Virus record (IMG/VR): IMGVR_UViG_3300033076_000833
Span: 1 to 32,871 of that record
DNA: 32,871 nt
Reading direction: 5' to 3' (one strand)
Origin: a virus
Taxonomy: Duplodnaviria > Caudoviricetes
In this document: piece after piece, positions 23,658-32,763 of the stretch
Numbering within the stretch: the first letter of the stretch is position 1
Layout of the letters: the number at the start of each line of letters is the position of its first letter
Notes under the pieces: model-generated
Databases searched by the model: none
What the model was told of the DNA's origin: nothing
What the model saw: only the letters and a program-made list of their open reading frames with translations
Made by a program: the position numbers and the translations under genes

Positions 23658-24869
23658 TCACGCGTTGTCGAAGTCGATAAGAACGTTATCGACCGGACGC
23701 TGGCAAATGAGGTTACCGTACATCTTGAGGCGGAACTCAATGCCATCCGACGCGCTCTCGCGAAGGAACCGGCGACCGTCCTCCTCAGCGAAGTGCGGAG
23801 CATCGCCAAGCGTCGGGAACTCCCACGCGCTACGGTTCGTCATGAGGCCGTAAGCATAGGGGCAGGTCGGGTCGTCGAGCACCGTAAGCGAGCCGGAGCT
23901 AGTCACGAGGTTGAAGCCCTGGAATCCGACCCTCGCCTTGCCAGCCGACTGCACATCGACGAAAGCCTTGGCCTGCATCGACTTCTGAAGCTCGGCAGCG
24001 CGCTCGCTATTCATCCAAACGGTGTCAAACTTGCCGCCGTTCGTCTTGCCACGCGCAAGCGCGTCGAAAATGATCTCCTCAATCGTCTTAGCGCCGCCCT
24101 TGACGCGCGAGCCAGCAAGGCGAACCGGGTTAACCGAACGGTCAACGCCAAAGAACGGCGTGGCCGACGGCGCCGAGGTGGGAATCCACGCAAACACGCC
24201 GCTGATACAGTTTGAGTTGCCAACACCGGCGAGGAAGTCACCAGCGCGACCGAGAAGGTCACCAACAATCGGATCCGCAGCGCCGCCAAGCTTGGTCACG
24301 GTAACCGTGCCAAGGTCGAGGTCCACCGCAGTAACCTGGTACGAACCAGCATTGATAACACCAGCAGCCGACTTGATCTCGCAGACCATGCCGACCTCAA
24401 ACTTCACGCAATCTCGACGGTCGCTAAGCGTAATGACGCCAGCCAAGTAACCGTTAACCGTGCCGCGCACGCCGCTACCATCGCTCCAGACCTGGAAGGC
24501 CATGGAACGACCAAACTCGTAAGCAGCCGCGTCAACCTGGGTCTTGATCGCCTTCGCGATCGCGCCCTTGTTCGACGCGGACGCCATCATCGTCTCGTTA
24601 TCGATCGAGCCGAGGACGTAATCCTTCTTACGCGTAACGTTGAATTTCGCGAGCGACGGAACGCTCTTGCCGTTCAGCGCGGTCGCAAAGTCGGTCGAGC
24701 CACGGATGCCGCTGAACATCGCGTTCGACTGCTTGCTGGCACCTTCGAAGTCATACGACTTCGGAACCCACGCCAGGAACGGCGACTCGGGAAACCAAAC
24801 TTCCTCAAGCGAATCGGGATAAAGGATCTTCAGCGCGGAGCTGAAGGACGACATGTTCAAAGAAGCCAT
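23658..24869 (-). CDS. Major capsid protein
   Basis: 403 aa after scaffold; strongly biased codons; features compatible with HK97-fold podophage capsids (DGSGVRG, PFFGVDRS, WMNS, FRLKMYGNL). Confidence 0.85.
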   Translation of the reverse strand: MASLNMSSFSSALKILYPDSLEEVWFPESPFLAWVPKSYDFEGASKQSNAMFSGIRGSTDFATALNGKSVPSLAKFNVTRKKDYVLGSIDNETMMASASNKGAIAKAIKTQVDAAAYEFGRSMAFQVWSDGSGVRGTVNGYLAGVITLSDRRDCVKFEVGMVCEIKSAAGVINAGSYQVTAVDLDLGTVTVTKLGGAADPIVGDLLGRAGDFLAGVGNSNCISGVFAWIPTSAPSATPFFGVDRSVNPVRLAGSRVKGGAKTIEEIIFDALARGKTNGGKFDTVWMNSERAAELQKSMQAKAFVDVQSAGKARVGFQGFNLVTSSGSLTVLDDPTCPYAYGLMTNRSAWEFPTLGDAPHFAEEDGRRFLRESASDGIEFRLKMYGNLICQRPVDNVLIDFDNA

Positions 24870-24874
24870 TGTAA

Positions 24875-24921
24875 ACCTCAGTCAGTAAACGGTTGTTGAG
24901 TAACCGTGCGCTGACTGAGGT
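24875..24921 (-). promoter_or_regulatory. Long stem-loop occluding the capsid gene RBS
   Basis: ACCTCAGTCAG/CTGACTGAGGT perfect 11-bp arms plus inner ACGGTT/AACCGT; SD GAGGT lies in the 3' arm. Confidence 0.7.
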
Positions 24922-24932
24922 CCGGTAGCTTC

Positions 24933-25967
24933 TCAGAGCACCTTTGCCGCTGCTGCCAAACGTTCCTCTGGCGTCATCGCACGTCGAGCGCCACCAGCAT
25001 CGGCGGCAACTGCGTTCGTAGGAATGTACCGGCCAGAGCCGTTGCGAGGCCGTGACGTGGCCTGATTCGCCATCCGCTTTTCGGCATTAGCCGCAGGCGC
25101 GGTAGCAACCCGTGCTTTCAGACTATCAGTTAGGCCGTACTGGTCAAGCGTGTCCTGCACAATATTGTTAACCGCTTGCAACACTTCAAAGCGTCCAACT
25201 TCATCGCCTCGGCCAACGTAGAATTGCACGGCGTCAGCGATGCGACCTTGCAGCGCCTTATCGTTCAATCCCTGAAGCGCAGGAAAATGCTCGGAATACT
25301 GCTTGGCAAGCTCAACCAGCGTCGTAGTTTCTGACTGCGTAATCTGCGCCACCTGCTCGGCATAGATTCGCTGCCGCTCCTCCTGCACGCGTCGATTGCG
25401 CTCGGCATGCAGCTCGGCGCGCAGCTCGGCAAGCTCCTTTGCGATGGCGCTATCTTGCTGCTTCGGCTGCTCCTGCTCGCCATTGATGTATGCGTGCTGG
25501 AGTCGCTGGAGGTATTCGGTCGGCGTAATGCCAGCGATGGACGCCAGCCGCTCGACGGCGCGGATAGGATGACCCTGCATGAGCAGCGCGACCTCTTTAG
25601 CCGCTGCCGTTTCCTGCTCGAGCTGCTGCGCGCGCGCCTCGAGCTCCGCCGCACGTTTCGCGTTTGCCTGCTGGTAGCGTCGAGCGGTTGCCCATTCGGC
25701 AGCCAGGTCGCGTACCATGTTGCGCGGCTTAGCTTCCTTCTTAGCTTTCTCCCCATCGGCGTCCGCAGGCTTTTCTTCGGATGCCTGCTCTTCGACCTCT
25801 GCGGCCTCCTCTTGAGGCTCCTCGGATACGGGCGCAGGCTCGGTAGGCGCCTCACCGCCAAGCTCGCCAAGAGCCTCGGCAGCGGCAGCAATTCGGTCGT
25901 CGATAGTTGCGCTGCCCGTCGCAGCAACGGGTGCGCTCGGCGTCGTTTCGGTTGTTTCGTCAGCCAT
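24933..25967 (-). CDS. Capsid scaffolding protein
   Basis: Acidic disordered N-term, long coiled coils; between portal and capsid; GAGGAG RBS. Confidence 0.75.
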   Translation of the reverse strand: MADETTETTPSAPVAATGSATIDDRIAAAAEALGELGGEAPTEPAPVSEEPQEEAAEVEEQASEEKPADADGEKAKKEAKPRNMVRDLAAEWATARRYQQANAKRAAELEARAQQLEQETAAAKEVALLMQGHPIRAVERLASIAGITPTEYLQRLQHAYINGEQEQPKQQDSAIAKELAELRAELHAERNRRVQEERQRIYAEQVAQITQSETTTLVELAKQYSEHFPALQGLNDKALQGRIADAVQFYVGRGDEVGRFEVLQAVNNIVQDTLDQYGLTDSLKARVATAPAANAEKRMANQATSRPRNGSGRYIPTNAVAADAGGARRAMTPEERLAAAAKVL

Positions 25968-25978
25968 CTCTCTCCTCG

Positions 25979-27820
25979 TTAGCTAGGCAAACCAGGCATG
26001 GGGCCTGGTGGCATTGGCGGCATCATCTCAGGCGGCATGGCGCCCATGTCCATCGGACCAGGCATTGGTCCCATCGGCGGTCCCATATCTGGTGCAGTCG
26101 GCATGGCTTGCGCTTGAAGCATCTGCACATGTGTCAGGAATTGACGGAGCAGGTCCACGCGCTCCTCTGGAATGTCATCAAGCTCGGCGCGCTGGATGGC
26201 CAGCGTCGTCTCGCGCAGCGCGAGCGCAAGGTCCATCGTTGGCTCAGGCGGCATGTAGACGTTCTCGTACATCATCTGCGAGAGACGCTTGTGGATTAGC
26301 TCAATTGGAGCCACGACGCGGTTACGCACGCTTTCCAAGTCCGGCACGTCGAGCGCCAGCTCGTAGAAGCTCTGCTGGTCGATAACTCCAGCGCCAAGCA
26401 TGTCTTGGAGCACCTGAATCTTGGCCGCAGGATTGGTCGGGAATGCCGACGTTGGGAATACGCGAGCACGGAACCGGCCTTCCTCAAGATTGATGTCCTG
26501 CCAAGCGATGCGCGTCGTCCTGGTCGGACCATCGCTGCAAATGATCTCGTGCGACGGGTCATCGTCTGCAATCTCGCGATGCAAAGCCACGATCCACTTG
26601 GCAAGGTCAACGTAGAGGTTTTCGTATTGGCGCTCCAGACCAATGAACCTGCGCGATTGAACGTCGTTGTACACCTGAAGCGCGCGTCCTGAGTTAAGAC
26701 CAGCAGGCTTCATCGACGTTGCCGCAAGCTCTGACGCGCCCATGAGCTTGAAAACGCGCTGCTCGCAGGCTTCAATGTATGCCGCAATTTGCGGATGCAT
26801 GACCGCTGGAGTCATCTGCTGCGGAGGCGGCCCATCGTGCTCGACGATGGCGCCAACCTGGTTAACCATATGCGCCTTTACGACGCGCGACTGACGCCCA
26901 ATAAACCAAAGCGCCGTCGCGTTCAGGCGCAAGCTCTCATTCCAGCGACGAAGGACGCGGTTCAATTCGATCTGCGTCGGAGCTGCGCGCTGCACGAGCG
27001 ACAGGCCCCAGAATCGACGAAGCGGCTTTACCGCACGGATGAAAACGAACGGAGGCTCGTCGTAGGTGTACGGCTCGTCGTACAGCACCGCCTCGTTGAT
27101 TACGAGAACGTGACGCCCATCGTCGCCACCTTTGCGCGATGGAAGGTGAATCGCTTCGATGACCTCAACGATGTCCTGGCCGCGCGGCCCATCGGCAAAC
27201 CACGAGTTATGGTCAACCGTTGCAGCCGATTCGATATCCTGCGCCTTGTCTGGATACAGCTCGACAAGCTGGCACTTGTCCAGAAGGTGGCGCACAAAGA
27301 ACGAGCGCGGCATCACATCGACAGCGCCTCGGTCATCGACCAGGAAGTGCGGCGGATAGATGCGCTCAACGATTACTCGCGACGGGTCGGAAGGGTCGCG
27401 ACGAGGACGAAGAATGCCAAGGCCAGCAATGACGGCATCGCGAGCAGCCTGCTCAGCAAGTTCGTGAACATTGTTGTAATCAAATTCAGCATCGCAAAAG
27501 TACGTCAGTTTGCGCGCGCGTTCCTGCTCAAGCCAATCGCCTCCGACCGTTACGAACATCGGTCGAGGTCGTGCCTGCGTAACCTCGGAAATGACGGTAT
27601 CTACCGCCAGCGCGAGAACGTTACGCGTGACGGTTGGCTGCGATCGCAGCTCAATGACGTTTTCGGGTACCGCCGTTTCGTCGCCATACAGGCAGTACGC
27701 CTCAAGCATCTGCATGCGACGAGTGCCCGTAGCCATGTCCACGGCGCGAGCTGCTGCAATCGTTTCCGATGCGAGCAGCGATTCGGTAGCAAGCCACCAA
27801 CGATTCTTTGCGTAGTCCAT
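25979..27820 (-). CDS. Portal protein
   Basis: About 613 aa (start ATG 27820 preferred over TTG 27865); FWGLSLV..AAPTQIELN, GLNSGRAL motifs; Pro/Met-rich tail; downstream of TerL. Confidence 0.85.
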   Translation of the reverse strand: MDYAKNRWWLATESLLASETIAAARAVDMATGTRRMQMLEAYCLYGDETAVPENVIELRSQPTVTRNVLALAVDTVISEVTQARPRPMFVTVGGDWLEQERARKLTYFCDAEFDYNNVHELAEQAARDAVIAGLGILRPRRDPSDPSRVIVERIYPPHFLVDDRGAVDVMPRSFFVRHLLDKCQLVELYPDKAQDIESAATVDHNSWFADGPRGQDIVEVIEAIHLPSRKGGDDGRHVLVINEAVLYDEPYTYDEPPFVFIRAVKPLRRFWGLSLVQRAAPTQIELNRVLRRWNESLRLNATALWFIGRQSRVVKAHMVNQVGAIVEHDGPPPQQMTPAVMHPQIAAYIEACEQRVFKLMGASELAATSMKPAGLNSGRALQVYNDVQSRRFIGLERQYENLYVDLAKWIVALHREIADDDPSHEIICSDGPTRTTRIAWQDINLEEGRFRARVFPTSAFPTNPAAKIQVLQDMLGAGVIDQQSFYELALDVPDLESVRNRVVAPIELIHKRLSQMMYENVYMPPEPTMDLALALRETTLAIQRAELDDIPEERVDLLRQFLTHVQMLQAQAMPTAPDMGPPMGPMPGPMDMGAMPPEMMPPMPPGPMPGLPS

Positions 27821-27870
27821 AGCTAATGCGGTAAGTGTATCACGGCCTTGGTTCCCATCTCCCAAGGTTT

Positions 27871-27907
27871 GCCGTCAGCGATCCTCGCCTCTCGCTGGCG
27901 GCTTTTT
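27871..27907 (+). terminator. Hairpin plus T5 oriented as a plus-strand (antisense) terminator
   Basis: GCCGTCAGCGA/TCGCTGGCGGC 11-bp stem followed by TTTTT on + strand. Confidence 0.5.
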
Positions 27908-28236
27908 CATGCCTTCGGTGGTCGTCCGCGCTTTTTCGGCGGCTCGGTAGCCCACGGAATGTTCGCAAGGTGGTCAGCCTCACGCGCTGCGAGGCCCTTG
28001 AGGTCTGACTCAATCGCAGGCTCGTGTTCTGCCTCTACCTGCTCATCGACTGTCATGCGCCGCACCATATGCAGCGGATACACCTCATCGCCAGCCATCA
28101 CGCCAAACGACAAAAGTCGCAGGTCAGCTACATAGCTATCGCGTCGAGCAGCATCGGTCGATTGTAGGTATGCGACTCGCGAATTGGTGCCTGGAGCCTC
28201 GCAAGACTCACGAAAGATAACGCGCTTCAGTTTCAT
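27907..28236 (-). CDS. Hypothetical protein with C-terminal AT-hook-like motif
   Basis: 109 aa ending PPKKRGRPPKA. Confidence 0.65.
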   Translation of the reverse strand: MKLKRVIFRESCEAPGTNSRVAYLQSTDAARRDSYVADLRLLSFGVMAGDEVYPLHMVRRMTVDEQVEAEHEPAIESDLKGLAAREADHLANIPWATEPPKKRGRPPKA

Positions 28237-28493
28237 TCCATTGGCTCCATCTTACGAAGTCGAATGCCAACATGGTCAAAACGACCATCGTCATCGTTTG
28301 CGATTTCCTCAAGTCCGGTAGTCGCAAAGTCATCAAGGCTTCGCGGCGGCATTAGCGGGCCAAGCTCAACCTCCAGCTCGCCAGCTCGGAGCTTCGTTAC
28401 GCCATGCGCTCGCAATACATGCAACATGACGCCGAGGTCCTCAACGTCAATCCCACTCAGTAAGTTCGCTTTGCGTGTCGTCATCGTCTCCAC
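28233..28493 (-). CDS. Hypothetical protein
   Basis: 86 aa; overlaps TerL end and coupled to next gene. Confidence 0.6.
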   Translation of the reverse strand: METMTTRKANLLSGIDVEDLGVMLHVLRAHGVTKLRAGELEVELGPLMPPRSLDDFATTGLEEIANDDDGRFDHVGIRLRKMEPME

Positions 28494-30075
28494 CTCGAAG
28501 CCGTCGCGCTAATCGCTCGGCCTCCTCCATCTCCCATGGCTCCCATCCATCTGGACCAGAAGTCAAACCGCGCTCAGGTTCGCCTACTGGCTGCGCCAAT
28601 GCAAGCGCAGCAGCGAAAGCATAGTCACAATGCCTGCCGCCAGCGCGCGGCAATTCAATGCTGATGCCCGATTGAGTCACGCGCTTACGGACGCGCCTAA
28701 TATCGTCGAGCAGCTCGCAAATGGGAGGAAACTCGACTTTATGCGACAGCACCAGCGTTCGCATCGACTCAAACAACTCGACCTTGCGCGCCGCCGTAAT
28801 CGCTTCGCTTGCTAGGTAAACACCATGGCGCGCACCAATGTCTGCCAGCGCATCGGCTGCCCACTGGTCGGTGCAAACGCGCGCAATGTTGTACGGTCGA
28901 AGCTCTTCTGCAATCTCGCGCAATACCTCATCAGGTGACAGCGGAGCTCCGCGAGTCGCTTGCCACTGACGAGCCATAACAACCGATAGCTTGCCGTTTG
29001 CCAAACGCGTGCAGACAACCAGCGTCCATGCGTCAGCTCGCGTCGCTGGATCCATTGCTGCGACATAATGATGCCCAGGTTCAGGCGGTAACTCGACAGC
29101 ATCACGACGCACAACATGCGCCAGGTCGTCAGCGGTAAACAATGCCGATTCAGGGTCGGCAAATTCGCCTAGCACATCCGTACGAAACGCCATCGGGTCA
29201 CGGCGCCGCAGCTCCTCGCAACGCTCAGGCGTCCAATAAACCGGATTCATCGCAGGTCCGACGGCACGAATAACGACGCGCTCTGGCGCTGGAGCTTGCC
29301 AATGGTCGGTCACTAGCTTGTATGCAGGACCAAACGGAGCCCACGGCGAACCGATGCCACAAAGCTGCGCGCCTGGAAGTAAGCGACCACTGACAGCCGT
29401 CCTAGCGTCGTCAAAGTTCACCACGCCATCGTCACCGCCAACCATACGCGTGAACTCGTCGAACACGACGCCAGCAGACCAGCGCGCAACGAGCGAACCG
29501 CCAGCTCGAGCACCTGCCACAATCTTGACCTCGACCGGAACGCCGCTCGGATGCTTAAACAATATTGAATCGCTGGTCGGCTCAGCAGCCGTTAGCCGCT
29601 TTAGCGAGCTTGACGCGAGTGCACGTCCGACAACGTGTTGATGCACGACGCGAGCAAGGTCCGTCGTCAGCGAAACGACGGATACGCGCGGTACCTCGCC
29701 AGGACCAAGCAACGACATGTCGCATCGCTGCGTTGCGCATACGCTAACCGCTGCCGTCAGCAGCGACTTGCCAGAACGAATTGGCCCGACAATATACAAC
29801 TCTGCTGGTCTGGCGCTTGGTAGCTTTGCAACATCACCGACGGACCACTTGAGCGCCGCTCGCTCGCGAATGTCCGCAGCATATGCGCCAGCATTGGCGA
29901 GCAGCGGAATGCGTTCTAACCCGTCAAGCGGCCTACCGTCAGCGATGCGGCAAATGGCCTGCTGTAACGGAGTCGCCGTCGCCAGGCCAAAGCCATTCGG
30001 GCTAAGCAACATGCGCTCAAGGCTTGGACCTACCAGGCGCGCCGCGTAGTCCAACGTCTGCAGGTCAATTGCCAT
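28447..30075 (-). CDS. terL: Terminase large subunit
   Basis: Walker A GPIRSGKS, Walker B VVFDE, GIGSPW coupling motif, RNase H-like AAMDPA...HCDYAFA. Confidence 0.9.
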   Translation of the reverse strand: MAIDLQTLDYAARLVGPSLERMLLSPNGFGLATATPLQQAICRIADGRPLDGLERIPLLANAGAYAADIRERAALKWSVGDVAKLPSARPAELYIVGPIRSGKSLLTAAVSVCATQRCDMSLLGPGEVPRVSVVSLTTDLARVVHQHVVGRALASSSLKRLTAAEPTSDSILFKHPSGVPVEVKIVAGARAGGSLVARWSAGVVFDEFTRMVGGDDGVVNFDDARTAVSGRLLPGAQLCGIGSPWAPFGPAYKLVTDHWQAPAPERVVIRAVGPAMNPVYWTPERCEELRRRDPMAFRTDVLGEFADPESALFTADDLAHVVRRDAVELPPEPGHHYVAAMDPATRADAWTLVVCTRLANGKLSVVMARQWQATRGAPLSPDEVLREIAEELRPYNIARVCTDQWAADALADIGARHGVYLASEAITAARKVELFESMRTLVLSHKVEFPPICELLDDIRRVRKRVTQSGISIELPRAGGRHCDYAFAAALALAQPVGEPERGLTSGPDGWEPWEMEEAERLARRLRGGDDDDTQSELTEWD

Positions 30076-30457
30076 TCATGGCTCGTGCGCGCTCAACTTC
30101 CAAAGCTCGCGCTACGTTTTCTGCTGCGTCCTCAAGTAGCGCCAACCGTTCGCGAGCTGGCAACTCATCAAGCGAAACTTGGCGCGCGTTGTCCTCGTCC
30201 GTTTCAATCGGCTTTGGCGCACCAAATACGCGCACGATAAGCAGCTCGCTAGCTTTCAGCTCAATGCGCGGGTCGCCGCAGTCCATCAGCTCAGCGAGCT
30301 TGCGAACCGCAGCGACCGACAGCTTGCGCGCCTGGTGCATGGCATCGCGCATTTCCGGCGTCCATGCCCTAGATATTTTGCCTGACGCGTTCCCGTTGTC
30401 TCCGCCTCGCCAGCGACCATCGGGGCCTTGCACAATTTCGCCAGCCACCTTCGCCAT
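30065..30457 (-). CDS. Putative terminase small subunit
   Basis: Immediately upstream of and overlapping terL; GRWRGGDNGNASG N-term motif; helical body. Confidence 0.65.
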   Translation of the reverse strand: MAKVAGEIVQGPDGRWRGGDNGNASGKISRAWTPEMRDAMHQARKLSVAAVRKLAELMDCGDPRIELKASELLIVRVFGAPKPIETDEDNARQVSLDELPARERLALLEDAAENVARALEVERARAMNGN

Positions 30458-30467
30458 CTCGTTTAAC

Positions 30468-30608
30468 TCACTTCTTCGGAGCCTTCTTTTTGACCTTCTC
30501 AGGCAGCTTTGCGCGCTGCTTTTTGGTCGTGTCGGCTTCCATCTTCTTCGCGGCCTTCGGGTCAGTCGCCCAAAGGTAGCGTTCCTGCGCTTTTGACTTC
30601 AATGGCAT
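30468..30608 (-). CDS. 46-aa basic protein (MPxKSKAQ-type)
   Basis: Hand-translated MPLKSKAQERYLWATDPKAAKKMEADTTKKQRAKLPEKVKKKAPKK; GAGGA RBS; fills the gap before terS. Confidence 0.7.
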   Translation of the reverse strand: MPLKSKAQERYLWATDPKAAKKMEADTTKKQRAKLPEKVKKKAPKK

Positions 30609-30609
30609 G

Positions 30610-30876
30610 TCAGTCCTCGTATCCATCTTCTTCAGACATCATCCCAGGCTGCGAGCCAGGTGCGCTCTTGCGACCGCCACCAGTAGGAAGCTTTTCAAGC
30701 AGCTTTACAATCTCGCGCTGCACGTTCTTCGGGTCGCCCTGCTTAACAGGCTCCATACCGATGAGTGCAATCGCGTTGTCGCGGAAGTCTTGCGCGCCGC
30801 ACTGGTAGCAGTCGCCGCACTCGCACTCGCCGCCCATGTCTCCCTTACCGATTTTAACTCCGATACTCAGTGGCAT
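30610..30876 (-). CDS. Hypothetical protein with CxCxxCxxC
   Basis: 88 aa; ECECGDCYQC; acidic tail. Confidence 0.6.
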   Translation of the reverse strand: MPLSIGVKIGKGDMGGECECGDCYQCGAQDFRDNAIALIGMEPVKQGDPKNVQREIVKLLEKLPTGGGRKSAPGSQPGMMSEEDGYED

Positions 30877-31130
30877 ACTTGATAGCGTCGCACACGGACG
30901 ATTCGATAGCTAGAGCCTTTGCGCTGTCCGTCCATTGCTACCAGCGTCGCGCGCTTCGCCTTGGCTTGTTCGCGATTTGTAAACCAGTAGATGGCCTGAC
31001 CACCAAACCGGACCTCCCACTGCTCCGATATGAGCTTGCGTCGAGCGCCAGTCACCTCGAGCTGCGCTAGCTTGCGCTCCGCTTGGTTTAATTCGCGTTT
31101 GAGTCGCAGCAACAAGTCAATCATAGCCAC
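30867..31130 (-). CDS. Hypothetical protein
   Basis: 87 aa overlapping neighbours in a dense operon. Confidence 0.55.
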   Translation of the reverse strand: MAMIDLLLRLKRELNQAERKLAQLEVTGARRKLISEQWEVRFGGQAIYWFTNREQAKAKRATLVAMDGQRKGSSYRIVRVRRYQVCH

Positions 31131-31582
31131 CTCTCATCAAGCACTACCTTCGGGTCGTAACCGCGCGCTCGGACCTTGCCTTGCACAATCGACTTTTGAA
31201 CACGCCGCATGGCGCAGTCAAAAGATTCGCGGTCCAGGCCGATTCCGTCTGGCTTTTCTGCCAGCAGCTCACGCAGGGCCTTTGCGCCAAACGCGTCACC
31301 ATAACGCTCTGCCGCATCAGCCGCCTTTAAAGCTACGCGCCTCTCAGTAGCCGTCAACGGTGGCAGCGGCCTTGAGTGCCGCCAAAGCTCGACTTCGACA
31401 CCGAGCAGGTTGCAGCACTTTAAGAACACGGCCTCAGTCATGTTCTTTTGGCGCAAAAGCATCTTGATGCGTTGCCGGTCGCACCCATAGGCCTTGGCAA
31501 GGTCGAGCTGCGACCAGCGGAGTTCTGCCATGCGGGAGCGCAGCATTGTCGCGAATGCGCCTGGCTTACTCCGTTTGTTCAC
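31121..31582 (-). CDS. XRE-type HTH protein
   Basis: RMAELRWSQLDLAKAYGCDRQRIKMLL HTH; GTG start with GAGGAG RBS. Confidence 0.7.
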   Translation of the reverse strand: MNKRSKPGAFATMLRSRMAELRWSQLDLAKAYGCDRQRIKMLLRQKNMTEAVFLKCCNLLGVEVELWRHSRPLPPLTATERRVALKAADAAERYGDAFGAKALRELLAEKPDGIGLDRESFDCAMRRVQKSIVQGKVRARGYDPKVVLDERWL

Positions 31583-31799
31583 GCAGCTCCTCAATCCGTC
31601 GCCTTACGCGCTCTACCGTCGATGCCTTGAGCCTGCCCATTGGCTGCATCAGCTCAAAGTAAGTTGAGTCTCCGACTCGCAACATGCGTGCGTTCGCTTT
31701 TCCTGACGTGCTGAGCGCGGCGATGAATGCGCGCTCCTCGTCGGTAAGTCGTCCGCGTTTTAAGTCAAAACGTGGAATGCCTGCGTTTGCCCAGTTCAT
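31566..31799 (-). CDS. Hypothetical (possible HTH) protein
   Basis: 77 aa; ANARMLRVGDSTYFELM weakly HTH-like. Confidence 0.5.
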   Translation of the reverse strand: MNWANAGIPRFDLKRGRLTDEERAFIAALSTSGKANARMLRVGDSTYFELMQPMGRLKASTVERVRRRIEELREQTE

Positions 31800-32146
31800 T
31801 CGTCCGACTCCGGTTTGGACATGTTCAATCGCTCGTTCAATTGTTGCGCCTTATCCGACGCGCTTTTCCATGCCTTGCGCAACGTCTCAACGCAATCCAC
31901 TAGCATCTCGACGTTTGCGCGTTCCTCGTCCAGTCCCGCAAGCGCCTCCAGCTCCCTCTTCTCGGCAGCGCGGAGGGCTACACGCATACGCTCTAGCTCC
32001 TCATCGTGCGCGATGTTTAGCGTGTACGTTCCAGTCGGAGTAAGGCGGCGCAGGCGGTTTAGTTCCTCGCGCTCGGCGTGCACGCACTTGCCGCAGTAGA
32101 CGGCCAACGACTTTTCGCAGTTGATGCAGTCTCTGACCTCGCTCAC
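31796..32146 (-). CDS. Hypothetical protein with CxxC..CxxC and coiled coil
   Basis: CINC...CGKC then heptad-rich region; GTGA overlap. Confidence 0.6.
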   Translation of the reverse strand: MSEVRDCINCEKSLAVYCGKCVHAEREELNRLRRLTPTGTYTLNIAHDEELERMRVALRAAEKRELEALAGLDEERANVEMLVDCVETLRKAWKSASDKAQQLNERLNMSKPESDE

Positions 32147-32325
32147 CCGTCCACCTCTCCTCGGTTATCGCAACCTCGTTTCCCATCTGGCCACGGTTGC
32201 AACGCAGGCATCTCGCGCAGCCTAGCAATATCGTCCTCCAGCAGCTTACGGAGGTCGCAACCGCTCGTAATGGCATCACGCCGGCGAGCGTTCCACATCC
32301 GTAGCCACTCAGGCCAGCTAACCAT
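32143..32325 (-). CDS. Hypothetical protein
   Basis: 60 aa, overlapping both neighbours. Confidence 0.5.
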   Translation of the reverse strand: MVSWPEWLRMWNARRRDAITSGCDLRKLLEDDIARLREMPALQPWPDGKRGCDNRGEVDG

Positions 32326-32611
32326 TGAACGTCCCCCTTGCTTGAATGCGCTCAGCCGTCGCGGGGCATACCGCCGTCAGGTCGTAGTCGTCTGGATAGC
32401 CGTACTCGACTCGATGTTGACGTAGGTACGCCACGTAGCCGTTGATGGCTTCCATGCCGTCAGCAACGGTAGCCTTGTCGGCAACGCCACCGTGCGAGTA
32501 GACGAGCCACTCGCGCGGCCTGTCCATCATCGACCACTCATCGCCTGAATCCGTCGCAGTCTCGCGTTGCATGTCTTGCATTCTCCATCTCCACCCGCGC
32601 ATCGCTTCCAC
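32318..32611 (-). CDS. Hypothetical protein (start uncertain)
   Basis: Open frame in dense minus-strand operon. Confidence 0.5.
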   Translation of the reverse strand: MEAMRGWRWRMQDMQRETATDSGDEWSMMDRPREWLVYSHGGVADKATVADGMEAINGYVAYLRQHRVEYGYPDDYDLTAVCPATAERIQARGTFNG

Positions 32612-32763
32612 GTTTGCTTAGCTCCGACAATGTTGCGCCTGCAAAGCGGACGCTTGGTACCCAGGTCGAACACATGCGCCATAAAGCGCCGTGTGTCCGT
32701 TCTCTGCATCCACACTAGCCGGTCGATCAATGCAGCTCGTATCGTTCGCCTCGGGTTAACCAC
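32527..32763 (-). CDS. Hypothetical protein, possible zinc finger (start uncertain)
   Basis: H...LC...C......CKTC pattern. Confidence 0.4.
   Translation of the reverse strand: MVNPRRTIRAALIDRLVWMQRTDTRRFMAHVFDLGTKRPLCRRNIVGAKQTWKRCAGGDGECKTCNARLRRIQAMSGR

Noticed and set aside
23142-24215. Long plus-strand ORF (357 aa) opposite capsid genes
   Set aside because: Antisense shadow of high-GC biased coding sequence; no motifs or RBS
25979-26110. Pro/Met-rich repeat tail of the portal as a novel repeat element
   Set aside because: Low-complexity C-terminal tails are common in podoviral portals; no nucleotide-level tandem array
26789-27826. Long plus-strand ORF (345 aa) opposite portal
   Set aside because: Shadow ORF of the portal gene with no recognisable domain
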